Part shown: in pieces, positions 36,901-51,614 of the stretch | Numbering within the stretch: position 1 is the first letter of the stretch | Layout: every line of letters begins with the position of its first letter | Assembly: GCF_036365525.1 (NCBI RefSeq) | Contig: NC_090421.1 | Location: 3,414,725 to 3,478,724, forward strand | DNA from: Heterodontus francisci | Taxonomy: Eukaryota | Length of the DNA stretch: 64,000 nt | Direction: 5' to 3' | The notes under the pieces: generated by a model | What the model saw: the letters and a program-made list of their open reading frames with translations, nothing else | Told to the model about the DNA's origin: nothing | Database searches by the model: none | Position numbers and translations under genes: made by a program

Positions 36901-39047
36901 GTAGGGGAATGCATTTTTTTTGTTTGTGCATGATCATTGGTCCGTCACAACCAGGCTGGCAGAATACTGCTTTCTGTTTCATGGTTAGACTGGCTATAAA
37001 CAAGCCTTGACACCCTTTATGATGCGGTTTCCGGGATAGTCGCCGGTAAATCTTCGTCAGAGCCAGTGATCAGTTGATGAATCATGTCATGTTAAATACC
37101 ACCTCCCTCTTAATGCTCCTCACTTACCTTTTTGAGTGGTGTTTCCCTTTACTCACTAGTTGTGCAGATCAAATGTCAAAATCTAATTCTCCCACAGCTA
37201 CATGAAAGCAGGTCAGCTGCAATGTAGTGTGCGCATTTTTCTGGTGACACCTCGTTAAATGGTACGGTAAAACATTTGGCGAATAACACTATCCAATATT
37301 AAGTGTTTCTTTCTAAACTCTCTACGTGTCTCCACACATTATATATTTCTCGATACATTAGGAGTCCCTTTTTGTTCTGCCTTTATTGAAATCTAAAGCA
37401 ACCCCATTCTCGAATATAAACTTACCACCAAATGAACTATTCTTCTGCAAATCTCAAGGAGTCTTACCACACCGCCCCCCACCCCCTCAAACTCCTGATA
37501 CTGTAATTGTGAAATGTTAGTTGTGTGAATTAAGCTATTTTGGATCTGCTTGTTATATGCATCTCTAATGTATTTTAATGACTATAGAAAATGTTATGGT
37601 GTGTGCAGTATACACTTAAAAATGCATCCTTTTTTGACACTTTTAATTTCTATTCCGATCGTACCCACTACTATATAGTGATAAATATTATTTGTTATTC
37701 TAGCAAGGCTGTTGGTAAAAAGAATCCTGAGTTTTAATTGACTAAATTGTCACTAAACTGGATGGAAAACTTCAATATATCTGAGATTTTGCGCAGGCTA
37801 TCCTAACAAAGCTTGTTTATAATGAATTCCTGCCCAAGGGCAGCATACAGCTGTAACTCTGTTACTGGAGACAAAATGGACACAATATTAATCATAGATT
37901 CATCTTATAACACTGTAGTTTCTTAATCACCAAAGTGAAGGACTGTTGAGGAAGAACGCCATTTCAAGAAGTTGGAATGCATGGATTTCTGGGTCTCATG
38001 ATTTCAAAACATAGGACTAGGGCCACAGGGTTACAGTGTAAAATTAAGGAAGAAAATGTGGCTCTCAAAAGGGAATTGGATAAACATCTGAAGGGAAAAA
38101 TTTTGCAGGGAACGGGCAGGGGAGTGGAACTAGTTAAGTTCTTGCAGAGAACTGACATGGGCTCAACAGGCTGAATGGCCTCCTTCTGTGCCATTCTATG
38201 ATTCTATTCTATTATATGGGATTGCTGAACTGTTGCCAGCTTTTTCCTGGGGATCACATTCTGCAGCTCCTTCCATTTTTCCATGAAAACCAAAAACTTG
38301 TCCACAAAAGAGTTATTCTTCCCTTTTATCAAGGCTTATGAATAAATCAAATTCTGTTAATACATGAAACTCTAGGATTTTTATGATCCATCTTGTGGGG
38401 ATCGTGTTGTATGATACCATCCGTTTTCTTGAGAAACTGAAAACCAGTAGCCTTGCATGACGATCGTTCTGGCCATTGATAACATTTTATTCAGTAAGCT
38501 GCTGTGGATTGTCTTGGAACCCAGAAGGCTTTCCATCTTCCTGACTAAAAACCAAGTAAGTAAAAGGGAAGGTTACTTTGCCAGCTGTGGGAGCACCATT
38601 GCCACAAGGACTGCAGCAGTTCAAGAAGGTCCACTACCTTCTGGAGTAACTCATGAGGGGCAATAAATGCCAGCATTGCCCACATCCCAAGAACAAAAGC
38701 TGCTCGTAGGCATCTTGCTTTTCTGTTGCAAACTGGATTTGGCAGAGATGAGGGAGCAGGTTTCCCACTTGGCTAGATAAGATTGATACCTCACCTGCTA
38801 GATTGGTCCTTCTCCTAAAACTGACGATATGTTTTTTTCCAATGTGCTACAGCACCAAGAAGCTCTTCGCCTTGTAGAACAAGTAGACTTGTTCCTGGTA
38901 TTACAGTTCTGTGTTAATAAGTATAATCAGAAGGATTACGAGCTACAGCTCGTGATGTTGCACATCAACAACTGGCATTTATATAGTATCTTTAATGTAG
39001 GAAAATGTCCCAAAGTGCTTCACACGAATAGAAGTAGAAACGCAAAA

Positions 39048-39400
39048 TTTAGTTTAGTTTAGAGATACAGCACTGAAACAGGCCCTTTGGCCCACCGAGG
39101 CTGTGCCGACCATCAACCACCCATTTATACTAATCCTACACTAATCCCATATTCCTACCACATCCCCACCTGTCCCTCTATTTCCCTACCACCTACCTAT
39201 ACTAGGGGCAATTTATAATGGCCAATTTACCTACCAACCTGCAAGTCTTTTGGCTTGTGGGAGGAAACCGGAGCACCCGGAGAAAACCCACGCAGACACA
39301 GGGAGAACTTGCAAACTCCACACAGGCAGTACCCAGAATTGAACCCGGGTCGCTGGAGCTGTGAGGCTGCGGTGCTAACCACTGTGCCACTGTGCTGCCC
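39048..39400 (-). mobile_element. HE1-type V-SINE
   Basis: Near-identical to the other copies. Confidence 0.9.
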
Positions 39401-41939
39401 CTAAACACTAAACCAAAGAAGGATATTTTAGGAAGGGTGACTAAAAGTTTGGTCAGAGGTAAGTTGTAAGAAGGAGAGGTGCAGGGGTTTAGGGCCTAGA
39501 TGGCTGAAGGCACAGCCGCCAGTAGTCAAGTAAAGGGAGTGGAAGATGCACAAGGTTGGGTGAGTTTTAAGTTAGGCCTACCTATTGCTGAAATTACAGG
39601 GCTCCTCTGGGCCTATTCTCAGAAGGGTTCCTACAGCAGATGGGAAGCCTGCACAACAACAACTTGGATTTATATAGCACCTTTGACGTAGTAAAACGAC
39701 CTAAGGCACGTCACAGGAGACAAAATTTGACACCGAGACACACAAGGAGATATTCAGGCAGGTGACCAAAAACTTGGTCAATGAGGTAGGTTTTAAGGAG
39801 CATCTGAAAAGGAAGGGAGAGAAGTGGCGAGGCATCACATCAGTGTACATGGTGGTAACACTGGCAGTCAGGAGAAACCTGTTGCTCAAAGTTGCCTTAT
39901 CCAACTGCTGGTCAATGCAATGGAGAGACAAAAATCTTCAAACACTTGAATCAGGAATGTGATGTTATTCAGGTGAGACAGCAGCAGTATGTTTGGTGCC
40001 ACGTGGTGCTTTGGCACAGTAATAAAATGTGGGTGTATACTGAAAAATACTTGTTTGCCAATTTTGTGGGCCATGCTGCCACCGTAGCAATGCAGAGAAT
40101 AATCCTGGCACATCCTCAGAAGGAAGAATTAGAGATCCATTAGTACCATTTGTGCTCTGCAGCACGTCCTTCCTGTTGAGCTCAAGCTGTGTTGGGAAGA
40201 GGCAGCTTGACCACCTCTTAACAAAATAATAAATAAGGCACAATGCTATTCACATTGCTAACCAAGGCAAGTGGTACTGTATGTATTGGATTGAATGCAG
40301 ATAGAACATCTGAGTTCAGTCTTCAAACAGAGCTTGTAAATGAACCATTTTTGCAGCTTGCCACCTACCTGATTTAAGGGATCAATGCATTCTCAACAAC
40401 TTTGTCGACTTTAAAGAATGTATAGAATGTCATGATGGGGGTGGTGGGCTGGGGGGGAAGTAATTGCACTCTTTGTAGCCACTTGTTTTAACATACAAAG
40501 CATCTGGCTTGTCTGTCACCTGGGTTACACTGTATTCATACAGGAAATGAAATGTACAGGTTTCTTTTTACCCACTTTAGGCAGATGAGAAAAGGATTTT
40601 GCTGTTTCTCTCCTCAATCACATGGTTTATTTTGCATGCAAGACATTAACTGGCTGTTCAGCCTGCTGATTGTCATGAATGGTTGCATCCATTTGCTAAA
40701 GTCCACAGATTGTGTTGCAAGATGTATAAGCTTCAATAAGCACAAGCAAGTAACTGTTTAAATTCATGTGCTGTGCCAGGGATTATTCTTTCTCTTCCCT
40801 TCCCTTCCCCCACACAAGCTTTTGACCATTTAAATAGCTTCAAATTCTATTAATTTACAAAAGAAAACCAATCCTTATCCACTGCAACAGGTCAACATTT
40901 CACATAAACGGCATCAGGAACAACAGTCCAGGAAGCACTTGAAAATTATTCATGACCCTTGACCTACTAAATTAAGATTACTGAATAAAAACAAAGTGCG
41001 CCAATATAACCACCTGCTTGTCAGATTAAGGGGTCAGAACTTTCTAACATGTTGGGTGTTGTATTCTTGTCCCTTGAAGCTCGGATTTTTTTCTTCCAGC
41101 ATCGTTTGTTAAAATGACCAGCTTTTTAAGTTCCAAATTCAGCCACCACAGCAGATGATGACTGGCAGCCGGGGCCCACTGTCACACTAACTGGCTTTAT
41201 GGTTGGAGGATGTTGCTTGATAACCTGATAAGTTAGTGATTGAATAAGAGTTCGGCGCATACTAAAAATCAGGTGGTGCAAATCTGCATGCATTTTTTTG
41301 CTTAAAGACAAACTTGGGGAGATAACAAAGAATATAGTTGTAGCCCCCCACCAAAAAACAATTATGCGGCCTTGGACATGATCACCACCCGCAGCCCTCC
41401 TCCCATCTTTGATTTAAAAACTTGAAGCAAAATTGTACATCCCACCTCCTCCTGATCCATCAAGCCTGCCCCACACTAATGATGGCCAAAGCACCATGAC
41501 TAAACAATTCCTCCACTCTCCCTGCCACTCCCTGCCCAGAGCCATGTAATCCCCTGAGACGGGAGAACAACCCAATAATGAGAAAAAAGTGCTCTGGAAA
41601 ATTTCTCACCAACCCACATAGGTAACTGAAACCAGTCCATGAGATCACACAGCCCGCACTGGTTCTCCAAACGGTACCACACCTCATCAATAAGAACAAA
41701 CCAGCCCAATGCCATTTATGTAAAGAGACTGACTACTAAATTGGATCCAATATTTGAAACTCAAGTTTTGCCATCTTGAATAATGGACCAACTTAGGCTC
41801 TTGACTCATCCTTAATATTTAACTTAGCCAGAAACAACAAGTAAAGGAGCTGACAGTCAGCTTCTTAATGACCTATTCTTCTTTCAACGACCCAGCAATG
41901 GGCTCGAATGCAGCCTTGACCATGTGCCTTTAGCTTCCC

Positions 41940-42215
41940 TTTTATTCATTCATGGGATGTAGGTGTCGCTGGCTAGACCAGCATTTATTGTCCATCCCTC
42001 ATTGCCCTTGAGAAGGCGGTGGTGAGCTGCCTTCTTGAACCGCTGCAGTCCATTTCGGGTAAGTCCACCCACAGTGCTGTTAGGAAGGGATTTCCAGGAT
42101 TTTGACCCAGTGACAGTGAAGGAACGGCGCTATAGTTCCAGGTCAGGATGGTGTGTGGTTTGGAGGAGAACTTGCAGGGGGTGGTGTTCCCAGGCATTTG
42201 CTGCCCTTGTCCTCC
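41940..42215 (-). mobile_element. CR1/L2-group LINE 3' fragment
   Basis: KPHTILTWNYSAVPSLSLGQNPGN-like ORF end; 3'UTR GGGATGGACAATAAATGCTGG...CATCCCATGAATGAATAAA on the minus strand. Confidence 0.65.
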
Positions 42216-43717
42216 TTCTCAATGCAGTCCACAACAGGTCACCATTCTGTTCTCCACTGTCACACCTTCATCCAGGAATTTAATGCAAGATGTTTTTGAA
42301 TCCTTACCCGAAATATAAATGGGTTTCATTTGGAGCTTTCTAAAAATCCACCGATCTAATTGAATGGCCTCCTCCTGTTCCTACCTTCCTAGAAGGGGAC
42401 AGATGGGCAGTTCTCCTGAGACTGGGGCCAAAAGACTATACAACCATCGGTTACAGAATTGTAGAAATTTCAAACAGAGGGAGGCCATTCAGCCTATCGT
42501 ACCTGTTCTGGGTCTAGCTCTACATTGGAGCCATCTGTTCTATTCCCATTGACCTGACTCTAATAGCCTTATGTAATCCATATTCATAATTTTTTGCATG
42601 GTCCTAATGCCACCCTGGACAGGGATGTTATACTATGTAAAACACAAGGTACTATTCTGGTGTTGAAGTGTAGGTGTGTCCCTTTGATGTCTAGATGATG
42701 CTGAGTAAGCTAGTCTATTCATGCAAAGATCAAAAATGAGGCTGAAGTGATTTTGGTATTTTCTGTTGGAGAGGTTTATGTTGCATGTTTTTACATCTTT
42801 GTTCTTTTATGTAATCCCTTCCCCATTGAGCGTGGCATACATATTTGTATTGTGAGGTGTCAGAAGTATGATGGCTATATATTGGTTTCTGATCTGTTGA
42901 GCTCAGACGCCTTGATTTTTACCTCCTGAGCTCATTTGGTTTTCAATAGGAACCACCGATAACTACTTCAATGATTGGTTTGCAGGCATTGCTAAGTCTG
43001 GTGGTGAGGGAGTTGAATAGGCACCCATTGAATTACAGTCATGAATTCAGGGACGGCTGACGTTCTTGAGCTCTGTGATCCCTCTGTCCATGTCTTTTGA
43101 TGTCACTAGCATTGGCTAGAAACAAGAAAGGAGCTGATTCCACCGTTAAGTGCTGTTAATATTGTAGTCAGGCACACTTAAATGAATAACTGACAAAAGA
43201 ATAACATCTCCATACACAAATCCCTTTTCCATCTTTTCTGATGATTGCTGCTGCATTTATTAATTTCATGTTGTACTGCCTCAGTAAAGCCCATGTGTTA
43301 AACCCTCTTTGCCAGTCAATGTGAAGCTTTTTTGCAGGTGTTTTTATCGAGGTGTGAAAATTGCCTAGTAACCAATTTCCAGCATTTTCTTTTTTTTTAT
43401 ATAACCAATTCAGTGATGTTTGAGTCTTTTTCACTTCATTGGTGCTAGGGCTCAGCATTTTGAGCAATCAATGTAACAAGTGCTTTTGCTTAGGTGTGAA
43501 AACTGTCTCATCAGGTGCGAATACTCCTGCTTAGTGATACTTATAATTTACCCATTTTTAATAATATTGTAATTGTAACCCAGCTTGCATTAAATTGTTA
43601 GCTTCTTGCCAAATTTGATATGACAGTTCAAATGGCCAAATGAATAGAATGGTTAGGTGAATAAAATTACCTGACAAAAACATGATTCATTTAACAGTTT
43701 TGCCTCTGTTGTTGCAG

Positions 43718-43772
43718 TGGGCAACGAGATCCTTTTCAACATATCCTTTCTCAAAGTGGACATCTCTTTGAG
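43718..43772 (+). other. Candidate 55-nt internal (5'UTR?) exon of the plus-strand gene
   Basis: Acceptor TTTTGCCTCTGTTGTTGCAG and donor GAG|GTGAGG in non-repetitive sequence. Confidence 0.35.
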
Positions 43773-45895
43773 GTGAGGGGAAATTACAGCTGCCTTCCCT
43801 CATTGATGATGGTTTGATTCTTAATACACTGATGGTGAGACACTGTGCTGAATAAAGTAAAAGAGATACTTGCTGCGTGGAGCAGTGTTATGTTAAGGGG
43901 AACCCAAGCAATCCTTTAAACACTGGAGCCTGGCTAATGCGGTGTCAAAACTGAAAGCTGTCAGCGTGGACTTCCTTTCCTTAATTTGTTGAGGTTCTAT
44001 ATCTGCCTATTCTATTCAAGGTCGCAGAGACTACTAGATAATTACTTATTGAACAATTAGTCACATTCAGTTCCTAATTTTTGATTGATATCTGTCACCA
44101 CAGAATTTTAACAAATACATTTTATGTTGTTTTCAATTTGTTTTGTTGCTATTTATGATTTCAATAAATTTCTGTAAATATTGGAGAGGCCCAACCTGTA
44201 ATGGGTAGGGCTAGTTATAGGAAGCTCCTTTCCAGGGCATTGTGTCTAATAGAATTAACTCAACCATGGCATGTTCTGTGTTACAATGTGAAGAAGTAAA
44301 ATGGCCTCCAAGGAGATGGTGGAATTGGAGGTGGCTCATTGTGAAAGGCATTTGTACAAGAGGTCTTGGTATCATAGAATTACCAGGAGGGTGGCTTGAT
44401 GGTTATAAATTTTGTTTGGAATGTCTTGCATGGCATGGATTGTGTCTTTAAAAAAAATGAAGTGAGTATTGACACCACTGTGTCATCCATTGAGTTCGAG
44501 GTGGGACGGGCCTTATGGGGGGGGGGGTTAACATCAAGCAGAGTCTATTTACTCAATTAATGGTCTCTATGAGCTACAGCAAACAGAACTCGTGACTACA
44601 ATTACAGTAGGGTCCTCCAATAAAAGCCGGATTATTTCTCCAGCAAGATGCAGTTGAGTGAAGGATAATTACATAATACAAATTGTGTGTAAAATTAATC
44701 CCAGTTACTTACAGCAGTCTCCAGGTCTGATTTACAGGGAATTACCCAATCATCTCAATTGTGCCTGGGAATAGTGGTGTCACTATATGCAGCCATGGTT
44801 TGAATTTGCCTGCTGTGTGTTGCTGTACTGAATAATGCCAGAGACTTGTGTAATTGGAGGGGAGGATGTTGTGTTGCATTTGGTATTTTACCTTTCACTG
44901 TATGTAGTTCCATAGGAATTGAAGGAGAATGGCACAAAGTGGGTAGCAGTGAAGGAATGAAGCGCTTCATTTCTCAGCTGACTTGTACTGCTTTATATAC
45001 TGATTGGTTCTGCTGATGACGGACAGGGCTGAAGGAAAACCCACTGTGATTAATGGCTGCATTCAAATAAGTAGCAGAAACAATAGACTTCTGACTTGGG
45101 CAATTAAATGGGAAGTACTTTATCCCCCATCACTGCAAAGCTGTAAAGAAAGCCAATCTTATGACATGTAAATGACCATCTACACTGTTGCTTTAATGCA
45201 GTAGGTCAAGTGAAAGTGGACATGGTCACTAATGATTTATTTTGTCTCATTAATAGCGACGTGTAAATTCTCTTATTCACTTGTATTCGTCTGGAAAGCT
45301 ATGCTGTGAGCAGTGTTTTTTTTTAAACATCACTTATTCTAAAGGTTGTTCCTCTTGAGGTGTCAACTAGAAGTCGAGATATTGTTGGGCTATATATGGG
45401 AGCAGATCATTTAAGGTTAGAATTTAATAAATGTTGCAATGCTTTTATTTTCCACAGGTATGGGCAGGAAAAAAAACACATGGGGCTGTGGAAATGTAGT
45501 CCAGGCTCATCGAACAAATTGAACTATATGTCGCGAATTGGATAAATATTTGAAGGAGAATATTTTGCAGGGCTGTGGGGTAACAGCAGAAGAGTAGGAC
45601 TAATTGGATAGCTCTTTCAAAAAGCTGATACAGGCACAATGGGCTGAATGGCCACCTTCAGTGCTGTAAGATTCTGATTCATTCATCAGCACTTCACCAA
45701 GGTTCACTTCTGCATTCCGGTAAGTGAGAGGGTCTTCTCTTTCTTCCCCACCCCCATAAAAAAACATTTAAACCTATTGAGATATCCTGAGATATTGGCA
45801 TCCTTGATCTTTTTCCTCAGGTTCAGGTTACGGGTCGTGCTGCTGCTGCTGCTAGTGCCAGAAATAAAGCATTTGGGCTCCTCAAAACCAGCATT

Positions 45896-48800
45896 AAAGA
45901 AAACAAAGAAAAGAAAACAAAGAAAATTACAGCACAGGAACAGGCCCTTCGGCCCTCCAAGCCTGCGCCGATCCAGATCCTCTATCTAAACATGTCGCCT
46001 ATTTTCTAAGGGTCTGTATCTCTTTGCTTCCTGCCCATTCATGTATCTGTCTAGATACATCTTAAAAGACGCTATCGTGCCCGCGTCTACCACCTCCGCT
46101 GGCAACGCGTTCCAGGCACCCACCACCCTCTGCGTAAAGAACTTTCCACGCATATCCCCCCTAAACTTTTCCCCTCTCACTTTGAACTCGTGACCCCTAG
46201 TAATTGAATCCCCCACTCTGGGGGAAAAAGCTTCTTGCGATCCACCCTGTCTATACCTCTCATGATTTTGTACACCTCAATCAGGTCCCCCCTCAACCTC
46301 CGTCTTTCTAATGAAAATAATCCTAATCTGATCAACCTCTCTTCATAGCTAGCGCCCTCCATACCAGGCAACATCCTGGTGAACCTCCTCTGCACCCTCT
46401 CCAAAGCATCTACATCCTTTTGGTAATGTGGCGACCAGAACTGCACGCAGTATTCCAAATGTGGCCGAACCAAAGTCTTATACAACTGTAACATGACCTG
46501 CCAACCCTTGTACTCAATACCCCGTCCGATGAAGGAAAGCATGCCGTATGCCTTCTTGACCACTCTATTGACCTGCGTTGCCACCTTCAGGGAACAATGG
46601 ACCTGAACACCCAAATCTCTCTGTACATCAATTTTCCCCAGGACTTTTCCATTTACTGTATAATTCACTCTTGAATTGGATCTTCCAAAATGCATCATCT
46701 CGCATTTGCCCTGATTGAACTCCATCTGCCATTTCTCTGCCCAACTCTCCAATCTATTTATATTCTGCTGTATTCTCTGACAGTCCCCTTCACTATCTGC
46801 TACTCCACCAATCTTAGTGTCGTCTGCAAACTTGCTAATCAGACCACCTATACTTTCCTCCAAATCATTTATGTATATCACAAACAACAGTGGTCCCAGC
46901 ATGGATCCCTGTGGAACACCACTGGTCACACATCTCCATTTTGAGAAACTCCCTTCCACTGCTACTCTCTGTCTCCTGTTTCCCAGCCAGTTCTTTATCC
47001 ATCTAGCTAGTACACCCTGGACCCCATGCGCCTTCACTTTCTCCATCAGCCTACCATGGGGAACCTTATCAAACGCCTTACTGAAGTCCATGTATATGAC
47101 ATCTACAGCCCTTCCCTCATCAATCAACTTTGTCACTTCCTCAAAGAATTCTATTAAGTTGGTAAGACATGACCTTCCCTGCACAAAACCATGTTGCCTA
47201 TCACTGATAAGCCCATTTTCTTCCAAATGGGAATAGATCCTATCCTTCAGTATCTTCTCCAGCAGCTTCCCTACCACTGACGTCAGGCTCACCAGTCTAT
47301 AATTACCTGGATTTTCCCTGCTACCCTTCTTAAACAAGGGGACAACATTAGCAATTCTCCAGTCCTCCGGGACCTCACCCGTGTTTAAGGATGCTGCAAA
47401 GATATCTGTTAAGGCCTCAGCTATTTCCTCTCTCACTTCCCTCAGTAACCTGGGATAGATCCCATCCAGACCTGGGGACTTGTCCACCTTAATGCCTTTT
47501 AGAATACCCAACACTTCCTCCCTCCTTATGCCGACTTGACCTAGAGTAATCAAACATCTGTCCCTAACTTCAACATCCGTCATGTCCCTCTCCTCGGTGA
47601 ATACCGATGCAAAGTACTCGTTTAGAATCTCACCCATTTTCTCTGACTCCACGCATAACTTTCCTCCTTTGTCCTTGAGTGGGCCAATCCTTTCTCTAGT
47701 TACCCTCTTGCTCCTGATATATGAATAAAAGGCTTTGGGATTTTCCTTAACCCTGTTTGCTAAAGATATTTCATGACCCCTTTTAGCCCTCTTAATTCTT
47801 CGTTTCAGATTGGTCCTACATTCCCGATATTCTTTCAAAGCTTCGTCTTTCTTCAGCCTCCTAGACCTTATGTATGCTTCCTTTTTCCTCTTAGCTAGTC
47901 TCACAATTTCACCTGTCATCCATGGTTCCCTAATCTTGCCATTTCTATCCCTCATTTTCACAGGAACATGTATCTCCTGCACGCTAATCAACCTCTCTTT
48001 AAAAGCCTCCCACATATGATTAGATTAGAGATACAGCACTGAAACAGGCCCTTCGGCCCACCGAGTCTGTGCCGAACATCAACCACCCATTTATACTAAT
48101 CCTACACTAACCCCATATTCCTACCAAACATCCCCACCTGTCCCTATATTTCCCTACCACCTACCTACACTAGTGACAATTTATAATGGCCAATTTACCT
48201 ATCAACCTGCAAGTCTTTTGGCTTGTGGGAGGAAACCGGAGCACCCGGAGGAAACCCACGCAGACACAGGGACAACTTGCAAACTCCACACAGGCAGTAC
48301 CCGGAATCGAACCCGGGTCCCTGGAGCTGTGAGGCTGCGGTGCTAACCACTGCGCCACTGTGCCGCCCTTGTGCATATCAAATGTGGATTTACCTTCAAA
48401 GAGCTACTCCCAATCTACATTCCCCAGCTCCTGCCGAATTTTGGTATAGTTGGCCTTCCCCCAATTTAGCACTCTTCCTTTGGGACCACTCTCGTCTTTG
48501 TCCATGAGTATTTTAAAACTTACGGAATTGTGATCACTATTCCCAAAGTAGTCCCCTACTGAAACTTCAGCCACCTGGCCCGGCTCCTTCCCCAACACCA
48601 GGTCCAGTATGGCCCCTTCCCGAGTTGGACTATTTACATACTGCTCTAGAAAACCCTCCTGGATGCTCCTTACAAATTGTGCTCCATCTGGACCTCTAAC
48701 ACTAAGTGAATCCCAGTCAATGTTGGGAAAATTAAAATCTCCTATCACCACCACCCTGTTGCTCCTACATCTTTCCATAATCTGTTCACATATTTGTACC

Positions 48801-49641
48801 TCTATCTCACGCTTGCTGTTGGGAGGCCTGTAGTACAGCCCCAACATTGTTACCGCACCCTTCCGATTTTTGAGTTCTGCCTGTATTGCCTCACTGCTCG
48901 AGTCCTCCATAGTGCCCTCCTTCAGCACAGCTGTGATATCCTCTTTGACCAGTACTGCAACTCCTCCACCCCTTTTACATCCCTCTCTATCCCGCCGGAA
49001 GCATCGATATCCTGGGATATTTAGTTGCCAATCATGCCCTTCCCTCAACCAAGTCTCAGTAATAGCAATAACATCATACTCCCAGGTACTAATCCAGGCC
49101 TTAAGTTCATCTGCCTTACCTACTACACTTCTTGCATTAAAACAAATGCACCTCAGACCACCAGTCCCTTTGCGTTCATTGTCTGCTCCCTGTCTACTCT
49201 TTCCCTTAGTCACGCTGACTTCATTATCTAGTTCCTTACAGGCTTTAGTTACTACCTCCTTACTGTCCACTGACCTCCTCATTTGGTTCCCATCCCCCTG
49301 CCACATTAGTTTAAACCCTCCCCAACAGCGTTAGCAAAAGCACCCCCAAGGACATTGGTTCCAGTCCGGCCCAGGTGTAGACCGTCCAATTTGTAATAGT
49401 CCCACCTCCCCCAGAACCGGTCCCAATGTCCCAAAAATCTGAACCCCTCCCTCCTGCACCATCTCTCAAGCCACGCATTCATCCTGACTATTCTTTCATT
49501 TTTACTCTGACTATCACGTGGCACTGGTAGCAATCCTGAGATTACTACCTCTAAGGTCCTACTTTTTAACTTGGCTCCTAACTCCCTAAATTCTGCTTGT
49601 AGGACCTCATCCTGTTTTTTACCTATATCATTGGTGCCTAT
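45896..49641 (-). mobile_element. CR1 LINE (HER1-like): ORF1 C-terminus, complete ORF2 and 3'UTR; disabled
   Basis: ORF1 SGNH-esterase motifs (GTND, DGLHL); ORF2 APE (IAITETWL, GDFN, SDH) and RT (DFSKAFD, GVPQGSMLGP, FADD); stop at 48404, SINE insertion at 48018-48368, frameshift near 46220. Confidence 0.95.
48018..48368 (-). mobile_element. HE1-type V-SINE inserted in CR1 ORF2
   Basis: Interrupts CCCACATAT^CAAATG with CATAT repeated on both sides. Confidence 0.92.
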
Positions 49642-49929
49642 CAGGTTCTCCACCTTGCTTGGAACTTGAAAGGATGAAGTATTATTTTGTCTACACAGAC
49701 TTGAGGAACTGCCTGAGCTTTGTGATAAGCAACCCAAAAATGACACTCTAACTTTCCAAGGAAATTGCTAGTGCCTGGGCAATAACAACATATTTAAAAT
49801 CACCGGGGATGTACACAGTGACTCATGTTCACAGATCCATCTGGAACTTTGAAGTAATAATGAACAATCAGAGATAGACATGCAGTCTGACTATAGCAGC
49901 ATTGTCACCAGGCTTACTTAATATATTCT

Positions 49930-50370
49930 TGTGCTCAGTCTTGCACTCTCTCGTCTCGGTCAGAATGTTGTGAGTTTGCATCCTTCTCCTGAGACTTAAG
50001 CACATAATCCAAGCTGACGCTTCAGTGCAGTACTGAAGAAGTACAGCACTGTCAGAGGTGCCATCTTTCAGATTAGATGTTAAACCGAGGCCCTGTCTGG
50101 TGCCTCAGGTGGACTTGAAAGATCCCATGACGCTATTTAAAGAAAAACAGAGACGTTCTCCATAGTGTCCTGGATAATATTTATCCCTCAACCAACATCA
50201 CAAAAACAGATTATCTGGTCATTACTGTTTGTGGGAGCTTGCTGTGTGTGAATTGGCTGTCGTGTTTCCTAAATTACAGCAGTGACTACACTTCAAAAGT
50301 ACTTCATTGGCTGTAAAGCACTTTGGGATGTCCTGCGATCATGAAAGATGCTGTAGTAATGCAAGTCTTT
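49930..50370 (+). mobile_element. Deu-domain SINE (SacSINE1/AmnSINE1-related)
   Basis: Deu core GTCCTGGATAATATTTATCCCTCAACCAACATCACAAAAACAGATTATCTGGTCATT..GTGGGAGCTTGCTGTG..GTGACTACACTTCAAAAGTACTTCATTGGCTGTAAAGC. Confidence 0.8.
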
Positions 50371-51265
50371 TTTTAAATTTAAATTAAAACACCTCTAATT
50401 GCTCCCACCACTAGTGATAAACCTGTAACTACAGCCACTCTTGTTCTGGTGTATGATTAGTTCAGATTCCAGGAGACTGACACCAATGTGCTGGGTTCCG
50501 GTGGCAATGCCACTATATCCAACTCCTGTAATTGGCAGAGTCTGAGACCTTCAAGAAATGGAGCCTCTGATTCTGGCTCTGGTATAAGTGAGTTGGGATT
50601 AGTGGTTGAGTGCCAGGAGTTGATTTGCACACACGGTTTCCAGGGATCCCAACTAAGCCTCAGTTTAAAAGAGACTGAAATACCAGTGCTTTACCCTGCA
50701 GTCATTCAACGTGCTCTCGGGTACAACTCATGACCGGAGCGGCAAAATCTAGAAGTGTTTGTCGCAGTTCAGGTGAACACTGATATTTGCATGCACCCCT
50801 CCACAATTACACTTTACTGAACTCCTATAACGACATGGATTATCTAAGTAACTGCCTTGTCCAGGAAAGTATGGTGACATTTTCAATAAGTCTGTAGCAT
50901 GGATGGAATGGCAAATTATTTTTTTCCTCCATGTCTGAACTTCAAGAGACAAGCCAATACTGAGATCGGACATCAAACGCCCAGTTTTCCCCTCCTTTCC
51001 ATCTCCTTTTGCCCGACAGCTTTGTATGGCCAATTTCAGTAGAGGTTACTGGACAGTAATCGGGAGCAGGAAACCTATCCTTAGTGTGCTAATGCCAACT
51101 GTAGCTCCCTTACTCCTGCCCCTGAAATCAGCTAACTTGACAGTGTGAGCAGAGATCAGTATGAGAGGTCAGGGTCAAATACCAGGACTTTTCCTATCTG
51201 TGCGCTTCAGGTACTTGTTGCACAAATATGCTGGGGACACACTCGCATGTATACGGATGTGCATA

Positions 51266-51614
51266 TTTAGTTTAGTTTAGTTTAGAGATACAGCACTGAA
51301 ACAGGCCCTTCGGCCCACCGAGTCTGTGCCGACCATCAACCACCCATTTTATACTAATCCTACACTAATTCCATATTCCTACCACATCCCCACCTTCCCT
51401 ATATTTCCCTACCACCTACCTATACTAGGGGCAATTTATAATAGCCAATTAACCTATCAACCAGCAAGTCTTTGGCATGTGGGAGGAAACCGGAGCACCC
51501 GGAGGAAACCCACGCAGACACACGGAGAACTTGCAAACTCCACACAGGCAGTACCCAGAATTGAACCCAGGTTGCTGGAGCTGTGAGGCTGTGGTGCTAA
51601 CCACTGTGCCACCC
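51266..51614 (-). mobile_element. HE1-type V-SINE
   Basis: Same family as the other copies; flanks TGCATATT / TGCACATT. Confidence 0.9.
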
